Source: Gemmatimonadota bacterium (lineage in GTDB: Bacteria > JBHIER01 > G020348925). From it: a stretch of DNA of 64,000 nucleotides. Made by a program: the position numbers and the translations under genes. The notes beneath the pieces were generated by a model that ran no database searches, was not told the origin of the DNA, and saw only the letters and a program-made list of their open reading frames with translations. Below are positions 32,630 through 41,961 of the stretch, one piece after another (the stretch's first letter is position 1; the number at the start of each line of letters is the position of its first letter). The DNA lies in the NCBI GenBank assembly GCA_020348925.1, contig CP070758.1, positions 2,619,688-2,683,687 on the forward strand, written 5' to 3'.

Positions 32630-33550
32630 TCAAGGTGTCTTCTTCCGTAAGGTGTGAAGCATATAATTTGGATTCTCAATTGAGAAGAACAATATCCTCT
32701 CCAAGAGTATCCCGCTGAGGAGACTGATCAAAATGGCCGTCGCGGGTATCATCAAGGGCTCCTTCGCTGCTGTTGATCCCAAGATAAAGGTGAAGGGAAG
32801 AATGAAGGTCAAGAGAATATACCAGCGGGGAATCCTATCTTCGCCGTCCCGAAACGTTCCTCCCGAGGCCTTATCATGTATGGTTTCAGCATATCTCTTG
32901 TAGCTCAAAACTGTCAGGAACAGAAAAACAAGAGAAAGAGCCATGGCAAACAGGAGGATCCGTATGGCCCCTCCCGCCATATTGGAACAAAAGATCGCGT
33001 CGATCCAAAATACCGTTGCTGCACCCAGAAGAGAGCCTGAGATGATGGAATACACCGAAAGAATGTTTGTATTCCACAAAGGGTGGGAGACGAACTTGTA
33101 GGCCCAACCGGTGCTTCCGAGAGTCAGCAGGCCGGAGATGATGACGAGGATGGCCGATATGATTCGAAGGAGACCAAATGTGTTGAAGACGTACAGCATA
33201 AGACAATCGACGGCCACAAGGCCTGTAAAGACTCCTGCCAGGAGAACCTCCCAACTCACCTGCGAGCGGAGGTTTTTTATCATGGCCAGAAAACGCAGCC
33301 GGTCACTCAGGTGAAAAATGGAGAACAGCGTAGCGATCAGGATAAGAATCAGCGAACCCCCCATACTTATCTTGACAAGCTGGGGGAAACGATTTCCAGC
33401 CTGCAGAAATCCGGCCACGATTCCGGTCCCGACAGACCAGCGTGAGAAGAGGACGAAGAGAACTAAGGGGTAGTCGGGATCATACCGGTCCGTTCTCCTC
33501 TCGCAGTTCTCTTGAAGGCGAAAATACGTCGATTTCGGAAATGACGCCAT
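32630..33550 (-). CDS. DmsC/NrfD-like membrane anchor subunit
   Basis: About 8 TM segments; PLVLF..SVG, SIFHL...R....N..S..SWE, P.WNT, LERILFF. Confidence 0.75.
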   Translation of the reverse strand: MASFPKSTYFRLQENCERRTDRYDPDYPLVLFVLFSRWSVGTGIVAGFLQAGNRFPQLVKISMGGSLILILIATLFSIFHLSDRLRFLAMIKNLRSQVSWEVLLAGVFTGLVAVDCLMLYVFNTFGLLRIISAILVIISGLLTLGSTGWAYKFVSHPLWNTNILSVYSIISGSLLGAATVFWIDAIFCSNMAGGAIRILLFAMALSLVFLFLTVLSYKRYAETIHDKASGGTFRDGEDRIPRWYILLTFILPFTFILGSTAAKEPLMIPATAILISLLSGILLERILFFSIENPNYMLHTLRKKTP

Positions 33551-33559
33551 GTTTTCTTG

Positions 33560-35419
33560 TCAGACTTCCGAAATCTCCAGGACTTCGGAAGTCTCTCTCA
33601 TGCGTGAATTGTTTTTGGGTAATCCGGTTTCAGATTCCCAATCTCTCAGGGCGTAATACCGGGACAGCATAGTACGCCATTCCTGGTGTGAGCATCCTGC
33701 TCTCTCTGAATCCCCGGTGAGCAACCTATCCATCGGAAATCGTTCCTCATCCGCTCGACTCACCCCCTCCCGTGCTGCAAGACGCCGCTCATCTGCGATC
33801 ACCTTTTCAGAAGCATTGATGAGGGCCTCCTCGTCCAGACCGAGATCTGCCACGGCCGACAGCTGTTCGATTAAATCCGCAGGATTCAGGACGGGAAGTC
33901 TGGCATAGGGAAATGAGCAGACGCCGGCAAGGTCGGCGGCACATTTTACATCTTCGGTTCGCTTTACGATATGAGCAATCGTATCGATGTTTGGTGGAGG
34001 GTTCACTCCGCTCTCGGATTGTCCCTGTTTTTTCCGGGTATTGTGTTCATGTCTCATATCGCCGGACAGGCCGATCACTTTTTTGAGGTTATCCCAATCG
34101 CCCGTCGAGACAGCCGCATGAAGGGCCGAATTCATTCTCATATCTTTGAGACCAACGAGTTCAAGGCCTTTCACATGTGCGACGAGCTCTTCGCTTTGGC
34201 GGCCTACTATTTCGGATGCCCTCAAAGCGCCTTCGGCGAGGGTGTCACCACTCCCTTCACGCTTCGCAATTTTTTCTATGAGCTTCACAGCCCCTTCCGC
34301 GTTTCCCCAGTGAAGGGGAATGTCGTCCGTCTCGTGTTCGCGGAACAGACCTTTGTCGAAGGTCCTCATGGCCCAGGCGATGGTCCCGCCCGTTGATACT
34401 GGGTCGAGTCCATATAGTATGCACATCTGTATCATTTTTAAAATAGAATCCCACCGGGCGATTCCCATTTCAGGGCCCAGAGCACGGACACTTTCTCCGT
34501 GCGCTCCTCCGAAGTGGATCCCGTCGTAAGGGCCGCTTTTCACGTGCGTATAGCGGCCGCAATGTATGGGGCAGGCGAAGCACCCTTGCTTGCTGAAAAA
34601 ATAGTTTTTACGGTAATACCGGGAGTTGATGTCCTGAAACGAGCCCCCCGGCGACTGGCCCTGATGTTCTCTCAAGACGAAGAGTGTCCCCTCGAAGCTG
34701 AGGGCTTGGGTTCGCGAGTCCCCCTGTATTTTATGGATCAATCCTTTACATACTGCGGCAAGATGCTCAGGATCATGGAGGCTTGCGGATCGGCTTCCCC
34801 TCACGGCCACGGCTTTCAGGTTCTTCGAGCCCATAACTGCTCCCAGGCCCAACCTCCCGGAATCCCAGTGAAAGGCGTTGACCAGAGAGGCGTATCGAAC
34901 AAGACGTTCCCCGGCCGGTCCGATGCACAGCACTTGAACGGTTCTGTCCTTCAGTTCTTCCTGAATGAGAACGGTCGTTTGATGGGTGTCTTTGCCCCAC
35001 AAATCGGTTGCATCTCTCAATTCCACATCGTTGTCATGAATCCAAATATATGTTGGATGCTCAGCCTGACCCCTTATGACTATTTGATCGGAACCTGTAA
35101 ATTTGAGCTCAGCGCCCCAGTGGCCGCCCATGCTCGATGTGGCGTATGTCTGGGTCGCAAGCATGGGCGATTTCGACGCCACAGACGTAATGGCCGCACA
35201 GGGCGCACATGTACCGGTCAGCGGTCCGACGGCCAGACAGAAAGCTGTCTTCGGATCATACGGATCAAGATCTGCCTTGGTCTCCTCGGAGAAAACGTTC
35301 ACATTAAAACCTCTGCCGCCTATCCACGACTCGAGATAATCAGAGGACAGATGCTCGTGCTCGATCTTTCCCCTGGAGAGATCGATCCGCAATCTTTTTC
35401 CCGCCCAGCCTTTTATCAT
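33560..35419 (-). CDS. Aldehyde:ferredoxin oxidoreductase family protein, divergent paralog
   Basis: IGGRG, SKSP, MGGHWGAELK, IGPAGE, GLGAVMGSKNLKAV, CFACPIHC; ATG 35419 overlaps the upstream stop (ATGA). Confidence 0.88.
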   Translation of the reverse strand: MIKGWAGKRLRIDLSRGKIEHEHLSSDYLESWIGGRGFNVNVFSEETKADLDPYDPKTAFCLAVGPLTGTCAPCAAITSVASKSPMLATQTYATSSMGGHWGAELKFTGSDQIVIRGQAEHPTYIWIHDNDVELRDATDLWGKDTHQTTVLIQEELKDRTVQVLCIGPAGERLVRYASLVNAFHWDSGRLGLGAVMGSKNLKAVAVRGSRSASLHDPEHLAAVCKGLIHKIQGDSRTQALSFEGTLFVLREHQGQSPGGSFQDINSRYYRKNYFFSKQGCFACPIHCGRYTHVKSGPYDGIHFGGAHGESVRALGPEMGIARWDSILKMIQMCILYGLDPVSTGGTIAWAMRTFDKGLFREHETDDIPLHWGNAEGAVKLIEKIAKREGSGDTLAEGALRASEIVGRQSEELVAHVKGLELVGLKDMRMNSALHAAVSTGDWDNLKKVIGLSGDMRHEHNTRKKQGQSESGVNPPPNIDTIAHIVKRTEDVKCAADLAGVCSFPYARLPVLNPADLIEQLSAVADLGLDEEALINASEKVIADERRLAAREGVSRADEERFPMDRLLTGDSERAGCSHQEWRTMLSRYYALRDWESETGLPKNNSRMRETSEVLEISEV

Positions 35420-35904
35420 ATTCGTTTCAAAATTCCGCGATATTGTTCTGCGAGGGATTGACCGACGTGCCGCCTCTTCTTCCAAGCAATACATTCTGCA
35501 GGAATATAAGAAAGCGCTCCTGTAGTACAGACGCCCAGGCATTGGGGATCGCCCTGACACACATCGCACGTGATGGTTTTTTTCGTGAGCGGGTGCACTT
35601 TGGGGGCGGCATATGGGCAGGCGTAGATGCACGATTCGCAACCCACACAGATCGCATCGTCCGTAATCACAGCCCCCGTTTTCGGGTCGCGCTTGCGAGC
35701 CTTCGTCGGACAGACCTGCTCGCACACGGGATCGATGCACCGCTGGCAGATCATGGGAATGTGAACGGCCATCTCACCCCAGGTCTCGATTGTGATTCTG
35801 GAATAACGGGGGTTACTGGCACCATCGTGAACGAGTGAGCAGATGGCCTCACACGACCTGCAGCCGGTGCACAGATCCGGATCGACAAAAAGAATCTTAT
35901 GCAT
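35416..35904 (-). CDS. 4Fe-4S dicluster electron-transfer subunit
   Basis: CTGCRSC, CQRC..C..VCP, CVGCESC..ACP, CDVC..C..VC. Confidence 0.93.
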   Translation of the reverse strand: MHKILFVDPDLCTGCRSCEAICSLVHDGASNPRYSRITIETWGEMAVHIPMICQRCIDPVCEQVCPTKARKRDPKTGAVITDDAICVGCESCIYACPYAAPKVHPLTKKTITCDVCQGDPQCLGVCTTGALSYIPAECIAWKKRRHVGQSLAEQYRGILKRI

Positions 35905-35926
35905 GGTAAGAGAAATTTCCCCTGCC

Positions 35927-36409
35927 CTATCCGACGAATTTTCTCATCAGCTCGGAGAAATGCTCCCCGGCCGATCGTTTCTTCTTCAAAGCCGCCGCGC
36001 TGACATCAATATATTCTATCGCCTTTGGATCGCAGAAACTGACGCACGTCGGCTCGCCGTCGCACAGATCGCACTTCATCACTTTCTCCTCGGTCGCGTC
36101 TATGCCCATCCCCCCGAAAGGACAGGCTGCGACACACATGAAGCAGCCAATACACTTGTCGTAATCAACGACAACCCGGTTCAGGTCAGTCTCGCGGGAG
36201 ATCGCATCCTTGGGACAGACCGTCATGCATGCTGCCGTTTGACAGTGCTGGCACAGCATCGGCAGATAGAAACCGTCCGCCTCCCATTTGATGATGTTGA
36301 TTCGCGCCCGCGACGGGTTGCTGACGCCGGTCTTCTTGACCGAACAGACCATTTCGCACAGCCTGCAGCCCGTGCATTTCTCGTGATCGACAATTAAGAG
36401 TTTTTGCAT
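35927..36409 (-). CDS. 4Fe-4S dicluster electron-transfer subunit
   Basis: CTGCRLC, CQHC..C..VCP, CIGCFMC..ACP, KCDLC. Confidence 0.93.
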   Translation of the reverse strand: MQKLLIVDHEKCTGCRLCEMVCSVKKTGVSNPSRARINIIKWEADGFYLPMLCQHCQTAACMTVCPKDAISRETDLNRVVVDYDKCIGCFMCVAACPFGGMGIDATEEKVMKCDLCDGEPTCVSFCDPKAIEYIDVSAAALKKKRSAGEHFSELMRKFVG

Positions 36410-36434
36410 CTCTTTCCCTTTCGATTGAGTCTCT

Positions 36435-38342
36435 TCAAAGCATGTGGGACGGCTCTTTATCCAAACCAAGCTTCTTTAACGTCTCCGGCTTGGGCACGCC
36501 CTTCTCGTCCCAGCCGTGCAATTGGTAGTACTCATCGATCATTTTTGTGAACTTGTCTCGATCAATACTTTTCCCTCTGGCCACATCCAGTCCTATGGGC
36601 GTCGGCTCGTCGAAGTACCGGTCCGGCAGCCAGTCATCCTGTCGCGTCAGTCCCTCGCGGATGTTGAAGAGTCTCTCGATGTTGTAAGCACGATCGGCCA
36701 CCTCCCAGATGTCGGCCGGGGATAACTCAAGACCGGTGTTGTGATACAATAGTTTCGAGAACTCATCGAAGCTGAGCAGATTGGGGCTCAAGAAGACGGA
36801 GTGAAATTTACACACGCCCAAACAGTCCACGGCCTCGTAGCACATCTCCTGCCACTGAACCATGCGGGGTTTGCCCTCGTAGTCCGAAAAATCTGAGCTC
36901 AAGGGACCATCATAGGGGGTGGGATGGCCGAAGATCTTTCGCAGCGCTTCCTCCGGAAGATGGTACAGATCGATGGCCGGGCGGCTGCGCAGATGGTCGG
37001 AGCCGCGGGATGAGGTGGCAATGCCCAGGGCCAGTGAGGGTGTCGGCCGCTCGTCGGAGTGAAGGTTACTCATGCCCTTCACCTGTATGTTGTACTTGAG
37101 CGAATCTCTTCCGATTCTTTCACTGGCGCGGAGAGGACCCTCAGCCAGGATATCACCCAGACCCTGGCGCTTGCCGATGCGGTGAATCATCTCCAGCACG
37201 GCCTCGTCGTTTCCGAAGTTGAGCTGCAATCCGTCGGTGTCCTCGTCCGTCAGGATGCCTTTTTCATAGAGCTCCATGGCCCAGGCAATCATGCTGCCCG
37301 TCTCCAGCGTGTCGAGACCGTAGTCGTTGACGAGATGGTTGCCGGCCAGGACCGTGTTGAAGTCGGTGCACCCCTGTTCGGCGCCGAAGGCACCCTGTGT
37401 TGTGTATTCAGGTCCCTCCGCATAGGTCCCCGCGTAAGGACCTTCCTTAATGACGTAGCGGTGGCGGCAGTGGAGCTGGCAGCCGAAGCAGCCGGCCGTG
37501 CCGATGGTCACGTCGTCCAGGTTCTCACACTCGAGGTTTTCGCTGTCCGGCAGCTGGTTTTGTTGGAAATTTTTCACCCTGACCAGACCGGTCGAGTTGG
37601 TCACACCGTAAATGAACATCGTCCCCCAGCGCTGCATAATCTGTCCGAATTTGGTCGAGGTGATTTTATCGATAATTTCTTTATTGTATTTCAGGGCCTC
37701 CTCCGGATGCCTGATGGTGATGTCCATGGTGCCCCGGACGGCCACGGCCTTCAGGTTTTTCGATCCCAGGACAGCACCCATTCCGGTCCGACCGCCGGCA
37801 TCCTTGTGGCTCGTCCTGACGTTGGCAAAGCGGACCCGTTTCTCGCCGGCAGGGCCGATGACGAGAGATTGGATCTCCTCGTCCTCGAGCTCTTTTCGAA
37901 TGAGATCCTGGGTCTCGAAAGCACCCTCTCCCCACAGATGGGACGCGTCCCTGATCTCGATCTCACCGTTGTGTATCCACAGGTAGACAGGGGTCTTCGC
38001 TTTCCCCCTGACGACCAGATGGTCGAATCCGGCCCAGCGCAATTCCGGGCCGAAGAAGCCGCCCATGTTGGTACTTCCGAGGTAACCTGTCAGGGGCGAT
38101 TTCGCCGCCACATGCGTCCGCGATGAGGCCGAGGCCAGGGTTCCGGTCAAAACGCCGGCGCTGATCATGGCCGCATTGTCAGGGCCAAGGGGATCGACAC
38201 CTGCATCCGTGTGGTTGTACAACAGATACATATCGAGCCCCCGCCCACCGATGTACTTTCGACGTATCTCCATAGGAATTGGCTTCGTCTCGACTTCCCC
38301 GGTCGTGAGGTTGATATACGCTATTTTTCGATGTAATGCCAT
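36435..38342 (-). CDS. Tungsten-type aldehyde:ferredoxin oxidoreductase catalytic subunit
   Basis: GGRG, AKSPLTG, GRTGMGAVLGSKNLKA, CFGCQLHC, EGPEY, YGLD, RGSDHL, GVC; RBS GAGGAGG before ATG 38342. Confidence 0.95.
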   Translation of the reverse strand: MALHRKIAYINLTTGEVETKPIPMEIRRKYIGGRGLDMYLLYNHTDAGVDPLGPDNAAMISAGVLTGTLASASSRTHVAAKSPLTGYLGSTNMGGFFGPELRWAGFDHLVVRGKAKTPVYLWIHNGEIEIRDASHLWGEGAFETQDLIRKELEDEEIQSLVIGPAGEKRVRFANVRTSHKDAGGRTGMGAVLGSKNLKAVAVRGTMDITIRHPEEALKYNKEIIDKITSTKFGQIMQRWGTMFIYGVTNSTGLVRVKNFQQNQLPDSENLECENLDDVTIGTAGCFGCQLHCRHRYVIKEGPYAGTYAEGPEYTTQGAFGAEQGCTDFNTVLAGNHLVNDYGLDTLETGSMIAWAMELYEKGILTDEDTDGLQLNFGNDEAVLEMIHRIGKRQGLGDILAEGPLRASERIGRDSLKYNIQVKGMSNLHSDERPTPSLALGIATSSRGSDHLRSRPAIDLYHLPEEALRKIFGHPTPYDGPLSSDFSDYEGKPRMVQWQEMCYEAVDCLGVCKFHSVFLSPNLLSFDEFSKLLYHNTGLELSPADIWEVADRAYNIERLFNIREGLTRQDDWLPDRYFDEPTPIGLDVARGKSIDRDKFTKMIDEYYQLHGWDEKGVPKPETLKKLGLDKEPSHML

Positions 38343-38361
38343 GGAACCGTTCCTCCTCAGA

Positions 38362-38553
38362 TCATGTTGAAATGCGCTCAGGAATACTGTCCCAGACCGG
38401 CCCTCGAATTTTTGCCGTCTTCGGATAGGGCCATGAGATACGCCATTGCATATCACATTTCGGACAGTTCGCCTTGTCCGCTCTGGCTGCCGGTCTGAAT
38501 CGCGTGAAGCAGTTCAAACAGCGAACCTCACCATCCCTGGTCCGTGCTTTCAT
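38362..38553 (-). CDS. Small Zn-ribbon-like protein
   Basis: CLNC..CPKC; ATGA overlap with queH; directly precedes the AOR gene. Confidence 0.7.
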   Translation of the reverse strand: MKARTRDGEVRCLNCFTRFRPAARADKANCPKCDMQWRISWPYPKTAKIRGPVWDSIPERIST

Positions 38554-39119
38554 GGTTTCCGCCTCCCTTCTTTTTTACTGTAGACACACCCACAGTAGTT
38601 CTGCCTATAGATTCCCAGGATCTCGCTCATTTCTGTTGTTCTCTTGAAGCCGTTCTTTTTCTTAAAGTTGCTCTCTAAAAAGTGAACGCCATACTTTTTC
38701 ACCGCCTCGCAACCGGTTCTATTAATTGTTTCGGCTTTTTTGTGGGGACTGACGGTCAGTGTTGTTGCAATGATGTCAAAATTCTCCTCCCGGGCGCACT
38801 GAGCGGTCTTTTCCAATCTCATGCGAAAACAGGCTTCACAGCGGCGTCCGCCCTCCGGTTCATTCTCCATGCCCTTGATCGACCCGAACCATTCGCTCAC
38901 ATCATACTCTTCGCAGCGGAGTTCAATATCATATGTTTTTGCGAGATTTTTTGCCTCATTAAGCCGGAGTTGATACTCGTTTTCAGGATGGATGTTGGGA
39001 TTATAGAAGAGACCTGTTACTTCATAATCCTTTTTTAAGAGATCGATGACATACGGTGAGCAGCCTGCGCAGCACATATGGAGCAACAGTTTCGGATGGT
39101 TTGAGGTCACAAGGCTCAT
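38550..39119 (-). CDS. queH: Epoxyqueuosine reductase QueH (DUF208)
   Basis: LLLHMCCAGC, FYNPNIHP..EY..R, EPEGGRRC..C, TTL.VSPHK, YRQNYCGC. Confidence 0.92.
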   Translation of the reverse strand: MSLVTSNHPKLLLHMCCAGCSPYVIDLLKKDYEVTGLFYNPNIHPENEYQLRLNEAKNLAKTYDIELRCEEYDVSEWFGSIKGMENEPEGGRRCEACFRMRLEKTAQCAREENFDIIATTLTVSPHKKAETINRTGCEAVKKYGVHFLESNFKKKNGFKRTTEMSEILGIYRQNYCGCVYSKKEGRRKP

Positions 39120-39246
39120 GGGGAACTATTACATCTCCTCTGAAAATCACTCTCAATCTTTATACGATAGATTGAAAATTTAGAGACTTGGAGGGCTCGA
39201 ATCAAGCTCTTTCTAAAAACGGAGGGTGTTGCTGAACCTCCGAACT

Positions 39247-39981
39247 CTAAGCATTTTTTATGTCTTCGACGATCTCAATGACCTTTCCCACGTTGTGCCC
39301 GTCCCCTGAAACCGCCAAGGTGATGGCTCCTTGAGAGTCGTCCAAACCGCCGGAGGCGATATGGACAACGTTGACATCGGCCAAAAGTTGCAGGGCATTG
39401 ATTTCATTAACAGTCCTGCCATACATGACCGGCATGAATCCCACCTTTTTCCCCGTGGCATAATCGACGGTTTCGAGGCCACAGGTATTCGACGCCTCTT
39501 TCACCGATGGAATGAGTTTTTCCAGTCCCACGGGGATGATGAGGTGGGAGCCGCGGGCGGCCAATATGCCGATGGCTGTGCCGATTGTACCGCCCACATC
39601 GTTGTGGAGGAGAATACCCGCATTCCCGTCAGGATCGACGGCATTTGCCCCTTTGATGAAGACGTCATCTCTACTGTAGGTCTGGAGCGCATCCTTCGGA
39701 TGAACGTCGACTCTCTTCCCCTTGTGCAGAACGACGGGAGGTATCCGATCCTGGCCTTCAGAGACCTTCAGCTCGCCGCCGCCGATATACCCCGCCAGGA
39801 ATCGTTCAGTCTCGACAGTTTCGCCTGAGATCTCCTGAGCAACATAGGTGTTGGTGCTGCCCCAGCCAACGATGATGGTACCTTGCTTCAAAGCATTTGT
39901 AACTTCCGGGAGAGCGGCGACCCCCTTGGCAATGAGTCTCTTCGATTCCGTAGGGGTGAGGACAATGAGTGCCTTCATCAA
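39247..39981 (-). CDS. Conserved hypothetical protein
   Basis: LTPTESKRLIAKGV, IKGANAVD, GGT, PVGLEKLIP; RBS GAGGAGG. Confidence 0.75.
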   Translation of the reverse strand: MMKALIVLTPTESKRLIAKGVAALPEVTNALKQGTIIVGWGSTNTYVAQEISGETVETERFLAGYIGGGELKVSEGQDRIPPVVLHKGKRVDVHPKDALQTYSRDDVFIKGANAVDPDGNAGILLHNDVGGTIGTAIGILAARGSHLIIPVGLEKLIPSVKEASNTCGLETVDYATGKKVGFMPVMYGRTVNEINALQLLADVNVVHIASGGLDDSQGAITLAVSGDGHNVGKVIEIVEDIKNA

Positions 39982-40037
39982 AACCTCCTCATTGGCTTTG
40001 AACTTCGTGAGTTTATGTTTTCCACAGGAGCTTTGTA

Positions 40038-40120
40038 TGTCATTCCGGTTTCATACCGGAATCCCCTCAGTGTCGAGTGCATTGCGCCGACCGAGGAGAT
40101 TCCGGCATCCCGTGACAAGC
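40038..40120 (-). repeat. REP-like palindromic dispersed element, copy 1
   Basis: GCTTGTCACGGGATGCCGGAATCTCCTCG...GGATTCCGG...GGAATGACA; homologous to 57575-57657. Confidence 0.65.
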
Positions 40121-40162
40121 CCAGCCCGAAACGGCAGCTTGTGAATGAAGCGGGCTGACAAT

Positions 40163-41017
40163 TTATCCAACCTCTTTGAAATAATGATCGGCCAGATATG
40201 AACTCCGGACAAGGGGGCCGGAGGCGACGGATTGAAATCCTATGGCCTCCCCGAATTTTCGATATTCATCAAACGTATCCGGATGAACGTATTCAATCAC
40301 AGGAACACACTCTTTTGAAGGTTGTAGATATTGCCCTATTGTGATAATATCGCATCCCACGTTTCTGAGATCCTGCATCGTACCCAGGATCTCCTCCTCG
40401 ATCTCCCCGAGGCCGACCATGAAGCCCGATTTGGTCGTTAGCACGGGGTTACTCTCTTTTATCTGTTCAAGAACAAAGAGGGAGCGGTCGTAATCGGTTC
40501 GCCGATCTCTCACCTCTGGAGTCAATCGGGCAACGGTCTCCACGTTGTGACTGATCACATCCGGCCCGGCATCGATGATTTTTTGAAGCGAGTTCACATT
40601 CCCATCAAAGTCCGGGATCAATACCTCAATCGATGTATTATTACAAGCGCTTCGTATAGCCTTCACTGTAAAAGCAAAATTGGCGGCTCCACCATCGGAC
40701 AAATCATCCCGGGTGACGGACGTAATCACGCAGTATTTCAATGATAGCGCCTTCACCGCTTCAGCCACCCGGTGTGGCTCCTCCTCGTCCGGTGCTGAAG
40801 GGTGACCGGTTGAAACGTTACAAAATCGGCAGACTCTGGTACACACATCTCCCAGAATCATAAACGTCGCCGTGCCCCGCCCCCAGCACTCCCCTAAATT
40901 GGGACAGGCGGCCTCCTGACCGACCGTGTGAAGACGCAATTGTTGCAGTGTCGTTGTTACATCCTTGAAATGTTCGCCAACATGCAGAGGTGATTTGAGC
41001 CACGCGGGTTTTCTCAT
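40163..41017 (-). CDS. lipA: Lipoyl synthase (first auxiliary-cluster Cys reads Gly)
   Basis: KPAWLK, CPNLGECW, CTRVCRFC, TSVTRDDL, HNVETV, GQYLQP, GPLVRSSY. Confidence 0.95.
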   Translation of the reverse strand: MRKPAWLKSPLHVGEHFKDVTTTLQQLRLHTVGQEAACPNLGECWGRGTATFMILGDVCTRVCRFCNVSTGHPSAPDEEEPHRVAEAVKALSLKYCVITSVTRDDLSDGGAANFAFTVKAIRSACNNTSIEVLIPDFDGNVNSLQKIIDAGPDVISHNVETVARLTPEVRDRRTDYDRSLFVLEQIKESNPVLTTKSGFMVGLGEIEEEILGTMQDLRNVGCDIITIGQYLQPSKECVPVIEYVHPDTFDEYRKFGEAIGFQSVASGPLVRSSYLADHYFKEVG

Positions 41018-41148
41018 TTTATGCAGTCTCTCGTCAATTGGAATGGACNNNNNNNNNNNNNNNNNNNNNNNNNNNNNNNNNNNNNNNNNNNNNNNNNNNN
41101 NNNNNNNNNNNNNNNNNNNNNNNNNNNNNNNNNNNNNNNNNNNNNNNN

Positions 41149-41595
41149 GACGTGCTCGATGCCCTGGGCATCGTCAACGTCATCCTGGGCACCGGCAGTT
41201 GTGCGCCCGGGGCCTGCAAGGCAGAGCTGACGCCTGAGGCCATGGAGGTGCTGAAGTCACTGCGGTCGTATCTGTCGCCCGAGGACTACGGCCGGTTCAT
41301 GGCCCTGGTCAAGGGTGAGGTGGGCATGCCGCTCGAATACAGTCTGGCCCAGAACTATCCGAACCCGTTCAACCCGGTGACAAGCATCCACTACTCCGTG
41401 GCCGGCAATGTGCGCACGACGCTGAAGGTGTATAATGTGCTGGGCCAGGAGCTCGCGACGTTGGTGGATAAAGTCGTTGAGCCGGGCCATTACAGCGTCA
41501 CGTGGGATGCGAGTGATGTGGCCAGTGGGATCTACTTCTATCGGCTGGATGCCGGCGATTTCAGCGACACGAAGCGAATGGTCTTGATGAAGTAG
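41149..41595 (+). CDS. 3' fragment: dockerin second half + helical linker + CTD
   Basis: DVLDALGIVNVILG..C..LTPEAME..EDYGRFMALVKGE..QNYPNPFNP..MVLMK. Confidence 0.85.
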   Translation, partial: DVLDALGIVNVILGTGSCAPGACKAELTPEAMEVLKSLRSYLSPEDYGRFMALVKGEVGMPLEYSLAQNYPNPFNPVTSIHYSVAGNVRTTLKVYNVLGQELATLVDKVVEPGHYSVTWDASDVASGIYFYRLDAGDFSDTKRMVLMK

Positions 41596-41961
41596 AGGAT
41601 CATCATCCACGCCCTTGGGTGTGGGAAGAGAAGATCAGATTCTTAGGAGATGTTCGGGAGACCATGCGATGTCGGGGTGTGCCTGTCTGAGGGCGATATG
41701 GTGCGGATGAAGGGTAGACAAGTGTAATTGCTGTCATGCGCTGGATTTTTCTGGGATGAGGGGTACATCCATCCCCTTTGAAAGGGGGTGGTGAGGGTGA
41801 AGTCATCATGACTGTCACTGTCTGACTGGGTTCTACGTGGAGAATCCTGACCGAGAAAGGAGGATGCCTTCGAACTTATCTTCATTATGAATGCGGAGGG
41901 GGGACTTCGCATGTGGAATGTGAGGTCACGTATGTTTCATTTTCATAGAGGGGGAAGCGAA

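Noticed and set aside
36435-38342. Class II benzoyl-CoA reductase BamB
   Set aside because: Has canonical AOR GPEY and RGxDH motifs; no Bam Hdr/Nuo-like partner genes nearby
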